From: Chromera velia
Lineage: Eukaryota
Assembly: GCA_018398765.1 (NCBI GenBank)
Contig: JAHBMJ010000271.1
Span: 1 to 51,349, forward strand
Reading direction: 5' to 3'
Length of the DNA: 51,349 bases
Under the pieces are notes generated by a model. That model made no database searches, had not been told where the DNA came from, and was given only the letters and a program-made list of their open reading frames with translations. Positions 13,260 through 24,400 of the stretch are shown here, in pieces; positions within the stretch are counted from its first letter, which is position 1; each line of letters opens with the position of its first letter. The position numbers were made by a program, and so were the translations under genes.

Positions 13260-14392
13260 CAGGGTTGTTAAGTACCGTGCCTTTCGTTACTTCGGTACTT
13301 AAATTTGGGGGGGGTGGTTCTGTTTTTCGGTACTGGTACTTTCGGTATCTCAAAAATTCAATTTGTTTAAACGAGGCTTTATAACGTTAAAATACGTTAA
13401 AATGACTCTAGAAATGACTCGATTCTAGCTAGGTTTTTTCAGTAAAAATAAACTTAACTCCTAGCTTAGCTCTGCCCTTAGGCTGCTTACTAAAAACAAA
13501 CTGCCCTGCTCTGCCTTGCTTGCCGCCGGGCCCGCCATGGCTCTTTTTCTAGAGTTTTGACCTAGGTTTTGACTCTAGAACAGCAGGAAAGCCAAAATGG
13601 GGAGAGGGGATAAACAGGAGGACAGAAAGGCTTGCCTTGTTTTCTTTTCTTTTAAGTGAGACAGATGGAAGCATCGACAAGTTTTTGAAGGATGTTGTCA
13701 CAAAACGAGCTGCCGTAAAGGAATGCCGCAAGAGAAATACATACAGCCTGCAAGATGTATCAAGTATCCAGCTAGACTAAGCCCACCAAATCCTTTAGTC
13801 AAATGAAAAGGAAAGAAACAAAAGACAGACAAAGTATTCAGCAACATGGCAGCAAATGAAGCAAGCAAAGGAAGAGGGAGAAACCAAAGGGTTGAGTGAC
13901 TGGGAAGTAATGAGATTGGCCTCTAATCGATCGACCGTTTGTTTTGAGATGCCTCCGTTTGAAGCTTGTTTGAGCTCCGCCGGGCTGATCGGCGGGCCGC
14001 AGCATCGTCAGTAAGAGTTGATTGATTGCAGTCTTTCGCATGCGATTGATAGTAATTGATTGATTATCATGTAAACAGTTTGTGGCACAGGTCTTTTTGG
14101 CCTGTGCGGGCCGGCCAGGAAGGTCTGATGCGTGTATGCGCTTTTCCTCGACGCCGCACGTCAAGCGCTCGGCATTAGGGCAGGAGGCCAATCCTCCAGA
14201 CATTAATCCTATCCTATCCTATCAGGCTCAACTTGAACTAGAATTAGTCTAGAAGCAGCAACCTAAGGCCTTACCTTACAAAATTTTTGCCGGTGACGAA
14301 AGTACCGAAAGTACCGGAAAAAAACGAAATTGGGGGTTGGTTCCGTTTTTTGGTACTTACATTGTCAATTGTCGGTATACTTAACAACCCTG
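13260..14392. mobile_element. Non-autonomous hAT-superfamily DNA transposon, 1133 bp
   Basis: 15-bp perfect TIR CAGGGTTGTTAAGTA (13260-13274 and 14378-14392). Identical 8-bp flanks ATCCTAGT (13252-13259 and 14393-14400). Subterminal TTCGGTAC/GTACCGAA repeats. No intact transposase ORF. Confidence 0.9.
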
Positions 14393-14457
14393 ATCCTAGT
14401 TTAATATATAACTAGAGTTACATGCTAGGTTACATGCAATAATGCTACTTCATTTAC

Positions 14458-15428
14458 TTAGAGCACTTTCACCGCTTCACACTCCCTTTTATGCCCTGCC
14501 TTCCAATCCAATGCCTGGCAGACTGACCCGCAGCATCGTCTGGTTGAACAGTTCCCGCAGACCTTCAACTGAGGAGATCCAGTCCCCAAGCACCACGAGC
14601 AGAAGTCCACCTCGAGGGAGGACTGCAGCTTCCGATCTCGGAGATCTGCTGCGTATCTGCATACCGCTTTCACGGCTCTCCCCACCAGAGGAAAGCTGCG
14701 GTCTCTTGCTCGTTGTCCCTCCACTGCCTCTCTATTGACTGCATGCGGAGGGATGACTACCTTCCTGGGGGGAGGCACCCCAAGAATTCCTCTTGAGACT
14801 GGAAGAATCGAGGTCCGAAGGATCCGGCAAACTGACCGCCGGTTGGATCCAACACCACTCCTGTTTTACGACACACGAGAATATTGTGCGGGCACACCCT
14901 GACAGACTGGATGGGACCTGTCTCCACTGCTTCAACGACAGGAAGGCCTTGCATGTGGATCATGTGCCTTGTCAGAGGAACAAAATGCACGGCCAACACC
15001 TCAAGGTCAGCCAAATCCAGATCCAAAGACTCTCGAGGCTCAGAATTCGCATTCACACCCGACTTCGCAGGAGTCAGGCTTCCCTTCTTGAAGCCTCTTT
15101 TGAACAGCTCCGGAACAATCTCTTCAGCAAATGCCACACACAAGGAAGAACAGCTGAAACGTAATCGCATTCGAGCATACCAAGGTATCAATACTTTTTT
15201 GCCGAGTCCCTTTGCTGTGCCTGCATCCACAAATGCTGACAGGTTCTTCACGCAGGTCGCATGGGAGGGTTTGGCCAAGTGGGAGATCTCCAGGTGGTTC
15301 ACCACCCCCAGAGACTCGTCTGCCGAGTTCCAAACTCTCGACGGCAGGCCGTGAAACTTCGTGTCGTTCCTCTGCCATTCAGCCAGCATCAAGCGAAAAA
15401 GGCTGGCGAGATCAACGGCCTCCCTCAT
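14458..15428 (-). CDS. Putative transglutaminase-like (Cys-His-Asp) domain plus C-terminal MYND zinc finger, with the frame broken at about 14770 (assembly error, pseudogene or short intron)
   Basis: ORF 14757-15428 has FSCSSLC...CPHNIL...VVLDPTGGQF. Overlapping ORF 14458-14778 has CSWC-x9-CGNC-x4-CCGSVCQALDWKAGHKREC, the MYND consensus. The frames switch at a G6 run (14767-14772). Confidence 0.7.
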
Positions 15429-15660
15429 CTTTGTCAACGTGATAATTCAGGGTGATCAGCAGAGCAACATGCAGAGCCGCTTCGACCACACATTTATGAG
15501 ATTTGATCAGACGGATCTGCGTCTTGGGACACCCTGTCAGAGGACCCCACCTTGACTCACAACGACTCTCAGATGATCCACTCCCAGGTAGACGGGGCAT
15601 GCTGGACTGTCAGGTCTGTTCAGTGCATGTTCAAGATTCCAGTGGCACTTTAAAACTTAG

Positions 15661-15724
15661 TGGCCCCGGAAAGCGGGGGGCACTTACCCAGAGTGCTCCC
15701 CGCGCTACGCGCTTTCCGGGGCCA
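15661..15724. other. GC-rich nested inverted repeat (long stem-loop)
   Basis: TGGCCCCGGAAAGCG (15661-15675) is the exact reverse complement of 15710-15724. Inner stem GCGGGGGGCACT pairs with AGTGCTCCCCGC around a short loop. Confidence 0.85.
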
Positions 15725-16064
15725 TCTTGAATGCCCATTGATGCCCATTGCAATCAATGCATGCAATGCAAGATGTTGCCAGATTGCGGAACACAATATA
15801 TTAATATCACAGATCGAACCTTGAAAGCGGGTGTCTATTCAAGTTTGTGTTAGTTTGTGTCTGATTGTCACCGTGCGAAAGTGCTCCTGCTGCTCCAGAT
15901 TGTGAGTTAGTGCACTTCACGTCGTTCCATCTATCGAAGAAGAAGAGCCTCTCTTCCTCTCTGCGTGTTGTTTGGACAGAGACGGCCAGACCGAAAAAAC
16001 CTATTTAAAGACAGTTGGCACAAAAGGCGCATCCCCTTCCCATTCCCTCCCTTCAGCAGTGACG

Positions 16065-16460
16065 ATGAAGAGAGGACCGACGAGTGACCGAGATTTGATC
16101 GTGTGGTTTAAAAAGACGGGAGCGGGGGGCTCGATGTATTGGCCTGCAGTGACAGATTCGTCTTTCCAGAAGAATACGGGAGAAAAAATGGTAACCCTGA
16201 CTCCCTTCTGCCGAAGTTCGCAGAGGCGAGTGAAGAGATCACGTGTCAAATGGCATCACCGTATCATAGAAAGAATATTGAGGGGCAAGGACGAATGTTG
16301 TGAGAAGGACGAGGACCTTTTTTTTCGATTCAGACACGACGAAGAATACAAAGCGGTCATGAAGAAGTATAAGTCTGCAGTGCAGCAAAGCACATCGATC
16401 CGGTGTGCCTGTTTCTACTGCAACAAAAAGAGGAAGGAGGCGCGATCTGCCTGTCAGTGA
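16065..16460 (+). CDS. Small intronless PWWP-domain protein, 131 aa
   Basis: DLIVWFKKTGAGGSMYWPAV matches PWWP GDLVWAKxxGxPWWPA, followed by a V-x-L-x-x-F strand and a KYKSAV helix. C-terminal CACFYC. Confidence 0.7.
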   Translation: MKRGPTSDRDLIVWFKKTGAGGSMYWPAVTDSSFQKNTGEKMVTLTPFCRSSQRRVKRSRVKWHHRIIERILRGKDECCEKDEDLFFRFRHDEEYKAVMKKYKSAVQQSTSIRCACFYCNKKRKEARSACQ

Positions 16461-16949
16461 GCCCGCTCATGCCCCGTCTACACACTCTCTCGGTCTGGAT
16501 TGGCAGCTATGCTTAGCTCCCAACCCTTTGATCATCTCCTGAAGACAGAATTGGGTTCGGAGGTTGAAGCACTGGCCGTCTCTCTCTCGGACGAAAGGTC
16601 TGGGGCCTGGGTATTGTAGCAGATTGATTTTCCTGTGAGCAATTCTTATTGATTCAGAACGTACAGAACTCGTGTGGATCGGTCTCTGCGATGAAAGGGG
16701 GCCGTTAAATGATGCGTGACGATCGAGGAACAGTCGTGAGGGAAACCACTGGCATCCGATCGACTCGTGCCCGGGCTCTTTGATGCTCATTGACTCTCAG
16801 ACTGTGGCTATCTCTCGTCGGCACCGCGTACATGCATCGATCAGCTGCTCACGTACGGTTTCCAATTTGATAATTGTCGGGCTCTCTTCCTCCTTTCCTT
16901 TCCCAATACCTCCTACCTTCTACCCCCCTCCATGTGTCATTTCCCTCTC

Positions 16950-17175
16950 TCCGTCCTTCCTTCCTTCCTTCCTTCCTTTCTTAATTCCTTCCTTCCTTCC
17001 TTCCTTCCTTCCCTCCTTCCTTCCCTTCTTCCTTCCTGCGCCTTCCTTCTTCCTTCCTTCCTTCCTTCCTTCCTTTCTTAATTCCTTCCTTCCTTCCTTC
17101 CTTCCTTCCCTCCTTCCTTCCCTTCTTCCTTCCTGCGCCTTCCTTCTTCCTTCCTTCCTTCCTTCCTTCCTTTCT
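16950..17175. repeat. (CCTT)n microsatellite
   Basis: Visible tandem repeats. Confidence 0.95.
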
Positions 17176-17363
17176 TTTTGGATTCCTTCTTTTAATTTTT
17201 TGTTTTCTCTTTCGTTCTTTCCTCCAACCACTTCTCCACTCCGGCCCCTCCATCTGAATCTCTCATACCTTTCGCGCTAACTTAAATGCCAGATCTGATG
17301 TCATCAATGGCATATCATTGGGAATCACATACTAATGAATTAAGTATGCAATATCCACTTGAC

Positions 17364-17394
<31 letters not shown>

Positions 17395-17436
17395 TTGTAT
17401 GTGTGCGTGTTCGTGTGCGTGTGTGCGCGTGCGTGT

Positions 17437-17474
<38 letters not shown>

Positions 17475-17580
17475 ATGTGTGTGTGTGTATGTGTGTGTGC
17501 GTGTGTGTGCGTGTATGTGCGTGTGTGTGCGTGTGTGTGTGTGTGTGTGAGTGTGTGTGCGTGCGTGTGTGCGTGTGCGT

Positions 17581-17622
<42 letters not shown>

Positions 17623-17640
17623 GTGTGTGCGTGTGTGTGC

Positions 17641-17719
<79 letters not shown>

Positions 17720-17802
17720 TATGTGTGTGTGTGTGTGTGTGTGTGTCTATGTGTGTCTCATTGTATATGTATGTCTATGTGTGTGTGTGTGTGTGTGTGT
17801 GT
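17364..17802. repeat. (GT)n microsatellite
   Basis: Visible tandem repeats. Confidence 0.95.
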
Positions 17803-18274
17803 CTGCATTACTGTGTATACCGCTGAGTGCAAGTCTAGGTACAAGTTTATATTTGGCTTCTTTGTAAACAGATGCAAGAGGAGCCTAATTTAAAGTTAAA
17901 CTTTCCCGATCGATTGTAATCGATTGATCAGGCGTAGAGCTCTGCTGCGAGTATGCAGGTGCCACTGCAGGACAGACTCATCGACTCCCCGACTTTCCAT
18001 TCGTTCATAAGTTGCGGTCAATCCTAGAGTCAATCTATAATTAGCCCGACCAGCGAGGGAGACTGGAAGCTGGCTAGAAGGCTGGTAAAGGCAGGCTGGC
18101 AGGCTGCATGCATGGTGCGGCGGAGCCCTTGATCGAGCTAACGATCGAGCGCTCAGCATCGCTCAGCTGTATGGAGCTTTGGAGCCCTATAGCAAAGCGC
18201 GCAGAGGTAGTTTTGCAAACCATCTACAGGCTCGCCACAGGAAAAAAAATAAAAAAGTAATTGTCTAAAATCTA

Positions 18275-18495
18275 GGCTCCCCATACGTAAAAAAATAAAA
18301 AAGTTAGTAATTGCTCAAAATCACTTTTACTTAATTTCTATTTTTTTATTTATTTTTTTGAAGCAGACATTTCAACTAGCATTTCAAGTTTGAAGCTCAA
18401 AGCACAGCTGATACACAAAAATAAAAAAAACTAATAAAAAACTAATTCAGGTTTTGGTCCAAATTCATTTATTTTTTTTTTACGTATGGGGAGCC
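18275..18495. mobile_element. MITE of about 221 bp flanked by TA
   Basis: TA|GGCTCCCCATACGTAAAAAAA...TTTTTTTACGTATGGGGAGCC|TA: about 21-bp perfect inverted termini with an AT-rich non-coding interior. Confidence 0.75.
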
Positions 18496-20364
18496 TATAG
18501 CCTAAAATTGACGGCCGGCCGGGCCGGCCAGCCGAAGCGTATTATGGCCACCAGAAAAATCGGTAACCTTGCCGTAGTATATATGCTTATATAAATTCAG
18601 TTGTAAGACAGTTGCAAGATGTACCATTATACCAGCAGGTTTTTTACGGTTTTCTATCGTATTAACTGCGATTGTCTTTTAATCACACTTGTTAGCATAT
18701 ACTAAACCATGCATACCCTAGTCCATTGGTATCCACTGCTAGACCTGGAGTTTCTCACGGACTCTGAGTCGGAGTTTCAGTGTGCACCCAGTTAGTATGC
18801 ACAACTGGGTGCATACTGTCACGCAAACAGCTAGGCAAACAGCTCTTCATACGGTTTCCAGTCGGGCTGGTCCTAGGGCTGGTCTTGCGTGCAACAGAGT
18901 AAATACTAAATAAAGCAAAAGCCACGCAGGCTCAGGCATTGGACGAGCTGGCATTCATACATGCAGGAGGAGGGAGAGACAACAAAGAAGTCCGGGAATT
19001 TGCCACCGGAAAAAACACCATGGACCACATAGATATACAAACAATGAAAGAAGCAAAGGAAGAGAAAAAAAACCGGCAGTGTCCGGCACGAAAGCGAAAC
19101 TGAAAATACGGATACAGTACATAAAGAGAGTCCAAACACCAATAAGACACTCCATCTGACCGAGACGAACGATGCAAGTTCATCGAACTATCTCCGTTTC
19201 AATTCTTTCCTCTGCATGGCTTGCAGTCTGACCTTTTCTTTCCTCTCTCTGATCGATGACACTGGAATGAATGAATGCATGAAGGGAAGAGGTGAAACAT
19301 CATATGGGCAGAATGTTCACTTAATTGCAATCATAAGGCCTTACTGAATCGACGCACCACAAATAGTAAAAAGGACCCACTGACTAGCTGGCTAGACCCG
19401 GGCCGTCTCCACGAGAAAGGACGGCACCGTGTCGTCTCTTCCACTATCCGTTCTATTCTGGCAAGAGAAATGATTCCTTTCCTTCATTTCTTCATTCGGT
19501 CATACATACAATTAATGGCCCAGGCTGGTTTACTGAAACACATGGACACAGCCACACGTACAGCCACACATCCCCCCCCTGTTCGCCCCCTTCTTCGTAA
19601 ATCCTTTTTTCTTTCTGTCCTCAGCATCGAGAAATCATCAAGAGAATGAATGAATGAATGAATGAATGAAGACAGAAAGAAACACGCACGCACTTTCGAT
19701 CTTCTGTAAGCACCCATCGGCTTCGATTGATTTATTCCACCTCGACATCAGTGCTCTCTCTCTCTCTCCCTCCTTTCTCCTTTCTTTTGTTCCCTCTTTT
19801 CTGTCTTTGCGATTCTCTCTCCCCCCTCTCCCGAAAGTCCGCCTTTCCTTCTCACTCTGTCCTGTTCACACCACAGATCGAGAAACGCTTTCTTCCTTTC
19901 TTTCCTTTTCAATCTTCTTCTGCAAGAAAGAAAAAATACCGATCGGTGAGTACAAACGTGAGAGATGGGGCAAACTTGTCACGCAGCCACTCACCCCAAA
20001 CTCCTCCCTCCCATTTTGTAGACAACAACTGAGACATTCATTTCCTTTGGTACAGGTGAGAAGATGATGCTGTCCTGTTCCCCCCCGGAAAGAGAGAAGG
20101 CAGCTGAGAGCAAAGAAGAAAGCGTTGGATGCTCTTCAAAGATGGATCAGGCAGGAAAGAGAACACGAAGGAGACGCTCTCTTCCCCATTCTATGTCTCT
20201 CTTCTGTTGTCCTCTAGAGATTTTGAAAACCCTCGTGCACGTGCACCTCTTCTCGTTCGAAGAGTTTGGAGGAGGGACTTACTTGCTTGGGAGGGCGGGA
20301 ACAAAGCAGAAAGAAGAACTCTTCGATCGTTCTTTGTGCCTTCCTCCCATTCCAATTGTTTTCC

Positions 20365-20649
20365 CTCTTTCTTTCTTTCTTTCTTTTTTTCTTTCTTTCT
20401 TTCTTTCTTTCTTTCTGTCTGTCTGTCTGTCTGTCTTTCTTTCTTTCTTTCTTTCTTTCTTTTTTTCTTTGTTTCTTTCTTCCTTTCTTCCTTCCTCCCT
20501 TCCCTCCTTCCTTCCTTCCTTCCTTCATTCCTTTCTTTCTTTCTTTCTTTCTTTCTGTCTGTCTGTCTGTCTTTCTTTCTTTCTTTCTGTCTGTCTTTCT
20601 TTCTTTCTTTCTGTCTTTGCGTCTTTCTTTCTTTCTTTCTTTCTTTCTG

Positions 20650-20688
<39 letters not shown>

Positions 20689-20825
20689 GTCTGTCTGTCT
20701 GTCTGTCTTTCTTTCTTTCTTTCTGTCTTTCTGCGTTTCTTTCTGCCTTTCTTTCTGTCTTTCTTTCTGTCTTTCTGCGTTTCTTTCTGCCTTTCTTTCT
20801 GTCTTTCTTTCTTTCTTTCTTTCTT
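20365..20825. repeat. (CTTT)n/(CTGT)n microsatellite
   Basis: Visible tandem repeats. Confidence 0.95.
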
Positions 20826-21473
20826 TATCTGCTGCCTCATGCATGCATGGATGTTCTTTTTTTCATTTCGATCGACACTTCCTGCCTGCCTGGCTCTTCC
20901 TTGCGATCTGAGAGCCTGCCAGCGATGCTGCCTGCCTGCCTGCCTGCCTGCGTGTGCAAAGAATGGGACTAAACAAATCAACAGGAAAAGAGAGGGGGGG
21001 GGGAGGGAGAGAGGGGAGAAAAGAAGAAACAATCAAGTATGGCAACAAACAGCGTCGAGAAGAAAAGAACAGAGGAAAGAAGAAGAGGAAAAGAAGGCAT
21101 ACATGTAGGACAATGCCATGAACCCATTCAATCATTCATCCATCCATTCACTCACTCACTCACTCACTCACTCACTCACTCACAGCACCCGCCCACCCTC
21201 TAGACTTTGACGTCCTGCAACATCAATCCATTCACTCTCACTTGTGCTTCACACTCCCACGAATCCAAAGAACGCACACACATAGAGGGAGCATGAGGGG
21301 TGCATTCGAAGTGTCTAAAGGTCGGTTTGTCAATTCTTTCCTGCATTGACCTTGTGCGTGTGTGTGCGGGTCCCTTGCACATTTTTGTGCAGGATCTACA
21401 ATTACTTCTTCCCACCTCCACAAACGACCTGCGATGATGCATTCCTTTGCCCACCCCCCATCAACCAATCAAA

Positions 21474-24400
21474 TCAACACGAGCATTCTGCATCGTTCTG
21501 GTCGGACGCGCACGCGTAGCAGAACTGAGTCCCGCATATGCACTGCATCGAGTTGCACCCCTCCGACCTCAACACAGGCACTCGACAGTTGGGACATCGC
21601 ACAGGCTCAGCATCTCTTTCCTGCACGAACAGTGACGTATAGACAAAAAAATCTAGAAAAGAAATATGTGGATTCAAGCATTCAGAGACCACGTTGACTT
21701 GACACTGTTTTGTACATTCAGCTTGGTGTTGCCTCATCGTTTGCCTGATTGCCTGACTGCCCACCTGCCTTCTTGATTGACTGACTGACTGACTGACGTT
21801 ATCAAATCTAGACAGGTACTCAGAGTCGTTCTCGAAGTCTTCGCACCCGAAGTCGTCTGAGTGGCTGGTCTGGCACTTCCAGCAGAAGAAAGTCCCACAG
21901 CACCGAGTCTCGAAAGTCGACAGTTCGTTCACCACACGCAGCAGAAATGCCGTCCTGTGTGTGCAACGCCGTGCATTGCAATGCAGTCAGTCAGTCAATC
22001 AGTCAGTGAGGGGGAAACAAGGAAGGAAGGAAGGCCTCTGAATTGCTGCTCGGAGAAAGATTGGTGACAGGAAGGACAGAAACGCGAAGAGAAGTCCATA
22101 CATGTACCGACAGAAAGAAAGAGAAGTACATGCGTGTATCGACAGAAAGAAAGAACCATGCAGGAAGAACAGCGTATAAGGTGAGCACAAAGGAGGGAGG
22201 GAGGGAGAGAGAGGGGNNNNNNNNNNNNNNNNNNNNNNNNNNNNNNNNNNNNNNNNNNNNNNNNNNNNNNNNNNNNNGGGGGGGGGGGGGGGAGGGGGAG
22301 AGAGAGAGAGAGAATCGGACGACGACACACCCATCGCCCAAGTCGACTGGTCGGCTGATGACACGCACCATTGAAGGGATCTATCTGCCGCTGGGGAAAA
22401 GAAAAAAGCACACGGCTCCCTTCTCAATTTCGAAAATTGCCCTGATCGATCACTACTTCGATAGAGGCAGACAGACAGATAGACCGACAAACAGACAAGT
22501 GACACACAGACTGACTTGCGTTCTGGGTCCACCACAGCCCCTGCCAGGTGTTGGAATTCTGCCTCGAGAGCCTTCCTTCCCTCCGTGCCCCCCGCACTGA
22601 ACATTCCTTCAAGGCCCTCTCCCGATCCGTCTTTTCCTTTCCCCTCCTCCTTCTCTGACTGAAGCAGCCAGTTGAAAACTAACTCTTTTGCTGTCAACCT
22701 GAGCTGACAATACTCTTTGAAATCCGACCAGCCCTTCTTCCAAACTTCCTCTGCCCTGTCCATCAACAGTCTTGCCTCTTCCTCCTCCACAGCTCTCAGA
22801 GAGGAGACGAATCTGCTGACATACTGGTTCCTCAAACGCTCAACTGCAGAGGAAAAATTGGAAAAAGAGTCGAGGTGGACATCCAATTTCAGAGGCGACC
22901 CAGGCTCCTCTCCCTCTCGAATATCTTCGTCTCGGTCGGTTCTGGCAGAGGGTTCTTTCTCTTTCACCACAGCCTCTCCCTCTTCCACCTTTCGTTCCCC
23001 CCCTGTTTCTTCCTGGCTGCTTTTCTGCTCCAGCTCTGTCTGGGCGGCCGAGACGGTTTCGGGAGGGGGAGACACCACCTCACTTCCTTCCTGACCGAGC
23101 TTGCTCTCCCCCTCTCTGGGTCCTGCTGCTGTCAGAGAAGAGGACGAACATCCCTCGGAGACAGACGCTGTGGAGACAAGCGAATCCTCCTCCTTTGATC
23201 CCGGGCGGGGTCTGCGGCTAGCGGAGGAGACGGCAGAGACGGAGACGGAAATCGAGACGGAGCCTGAACGCGCAGACTCGAAGCTGGAGGGCGCAGGAGA
23301 GGGACCGCGTGGGACGGGGGAGGCAGAAACACCCCTGCTGGTCACATTCCTCCCCGGATCGGACTCACCCCTGTTGACCCCCATACGTGGCAACTCTGAG
23401 GTCGAGAACCGTCTTCTGTTGGGAGGAGAGAGGGACATCCCGGGGTCTCTTTCAGAAGGGACGGGAGGGAGAGGATCGCACCACTCATCCTCCCCTTGAG
23501 TTTCTTCCGTCTCTCTCTTGCAATTGGGTGTTACAAGAGAACGCGCAATGCCGAGGGGGGGCAAAAGAAACTCAACAGGGGACGCACACACGGCGGGGCA
23601 TCTGGGTACATCAGGAAGAGAACAAGAACGACGAACAGACGACGAGCGGGATGCAAAGGCTGATCCCTCTTCTGCCACATCGTTCGGTGTCTCTGTTTCA
23701 TTCTCCCCCTCTCCCTCTGTTCCTTTCCTCTTTCCCTCACCCTCTTCCTCGATGAACTCCCAAAGGGACTTCACGAACCCGACAGACACAGAGGCTCGAG
23801 AGGAAGGGGAAGACGAGGGACTCCGACCCTCCTCATCCTCAATCGCCATACACTCCTCATCACTGTACTCATCCTCATCCTCAGTTTCTCTTCGGAGACG
23901 CTGAGCGGCGTCTTCCAATTCGTAAGGAGTCCCTTCAGGGTACTCCCGGTCAAACAGACTCACAGTCGCATCACATTCGCACCTGAGCAAACAAAGAAAG
24001 AAAGAAACAAAATTGAACAGAAACCCATGCATGAGAGAATGACAGCAGAAGAAGGGCAGTCCACGAACGAACAGGAGGCACTGAGCACAATGAATTTGAA
24101 GGACACATGCAGAGCCCTCGCGCGAAGGCGCAGAAAAAAGAAGCGGAGAGGACCAGAAGAACAGAACGTACAGGGGATCAGAGGAACCCACGCACCTGAA
24201 GGTCAGGGCGCGTGCCGCCACCCCCAAAAGCCGCCTCGTCACCGTGCCCCTCCTCCTTGCAAACCGCCCAGTCCCCCCCTGAATGGCTCTATCACAGGAG
24301 GCCCACGTGAGATTCCCAAGGCCACAGATGCACTTCAGCGTCGGCACAAAGAACCGTGCCTGCTCTACCTGCGCCTCGACAAACTCGAGAAGGCACTTGC

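Noticed and set aside
16467..16790. 107-aa minus-strand ORF
   Set aside because: No recognisable motif; probably antisense to the PWWP 3' UTR
16780..17893. PSFL- and CV-repeat ORFs
   Set aside because: (CCTT)n and (GT)n microsatellites
20064..21108. 200-300-aa Phe/Leu/Ser or Lys/Glu/Arg ORFs
   Set aside because: (CTTT)n microsatellite open in all frames
22217..22277. G runs flanking N gaps (also 33757-33829 and 42062-42096) as G-quadruplex elements
   Set aside because: Length and content are unknown; likely a sequencing failure at poly-G
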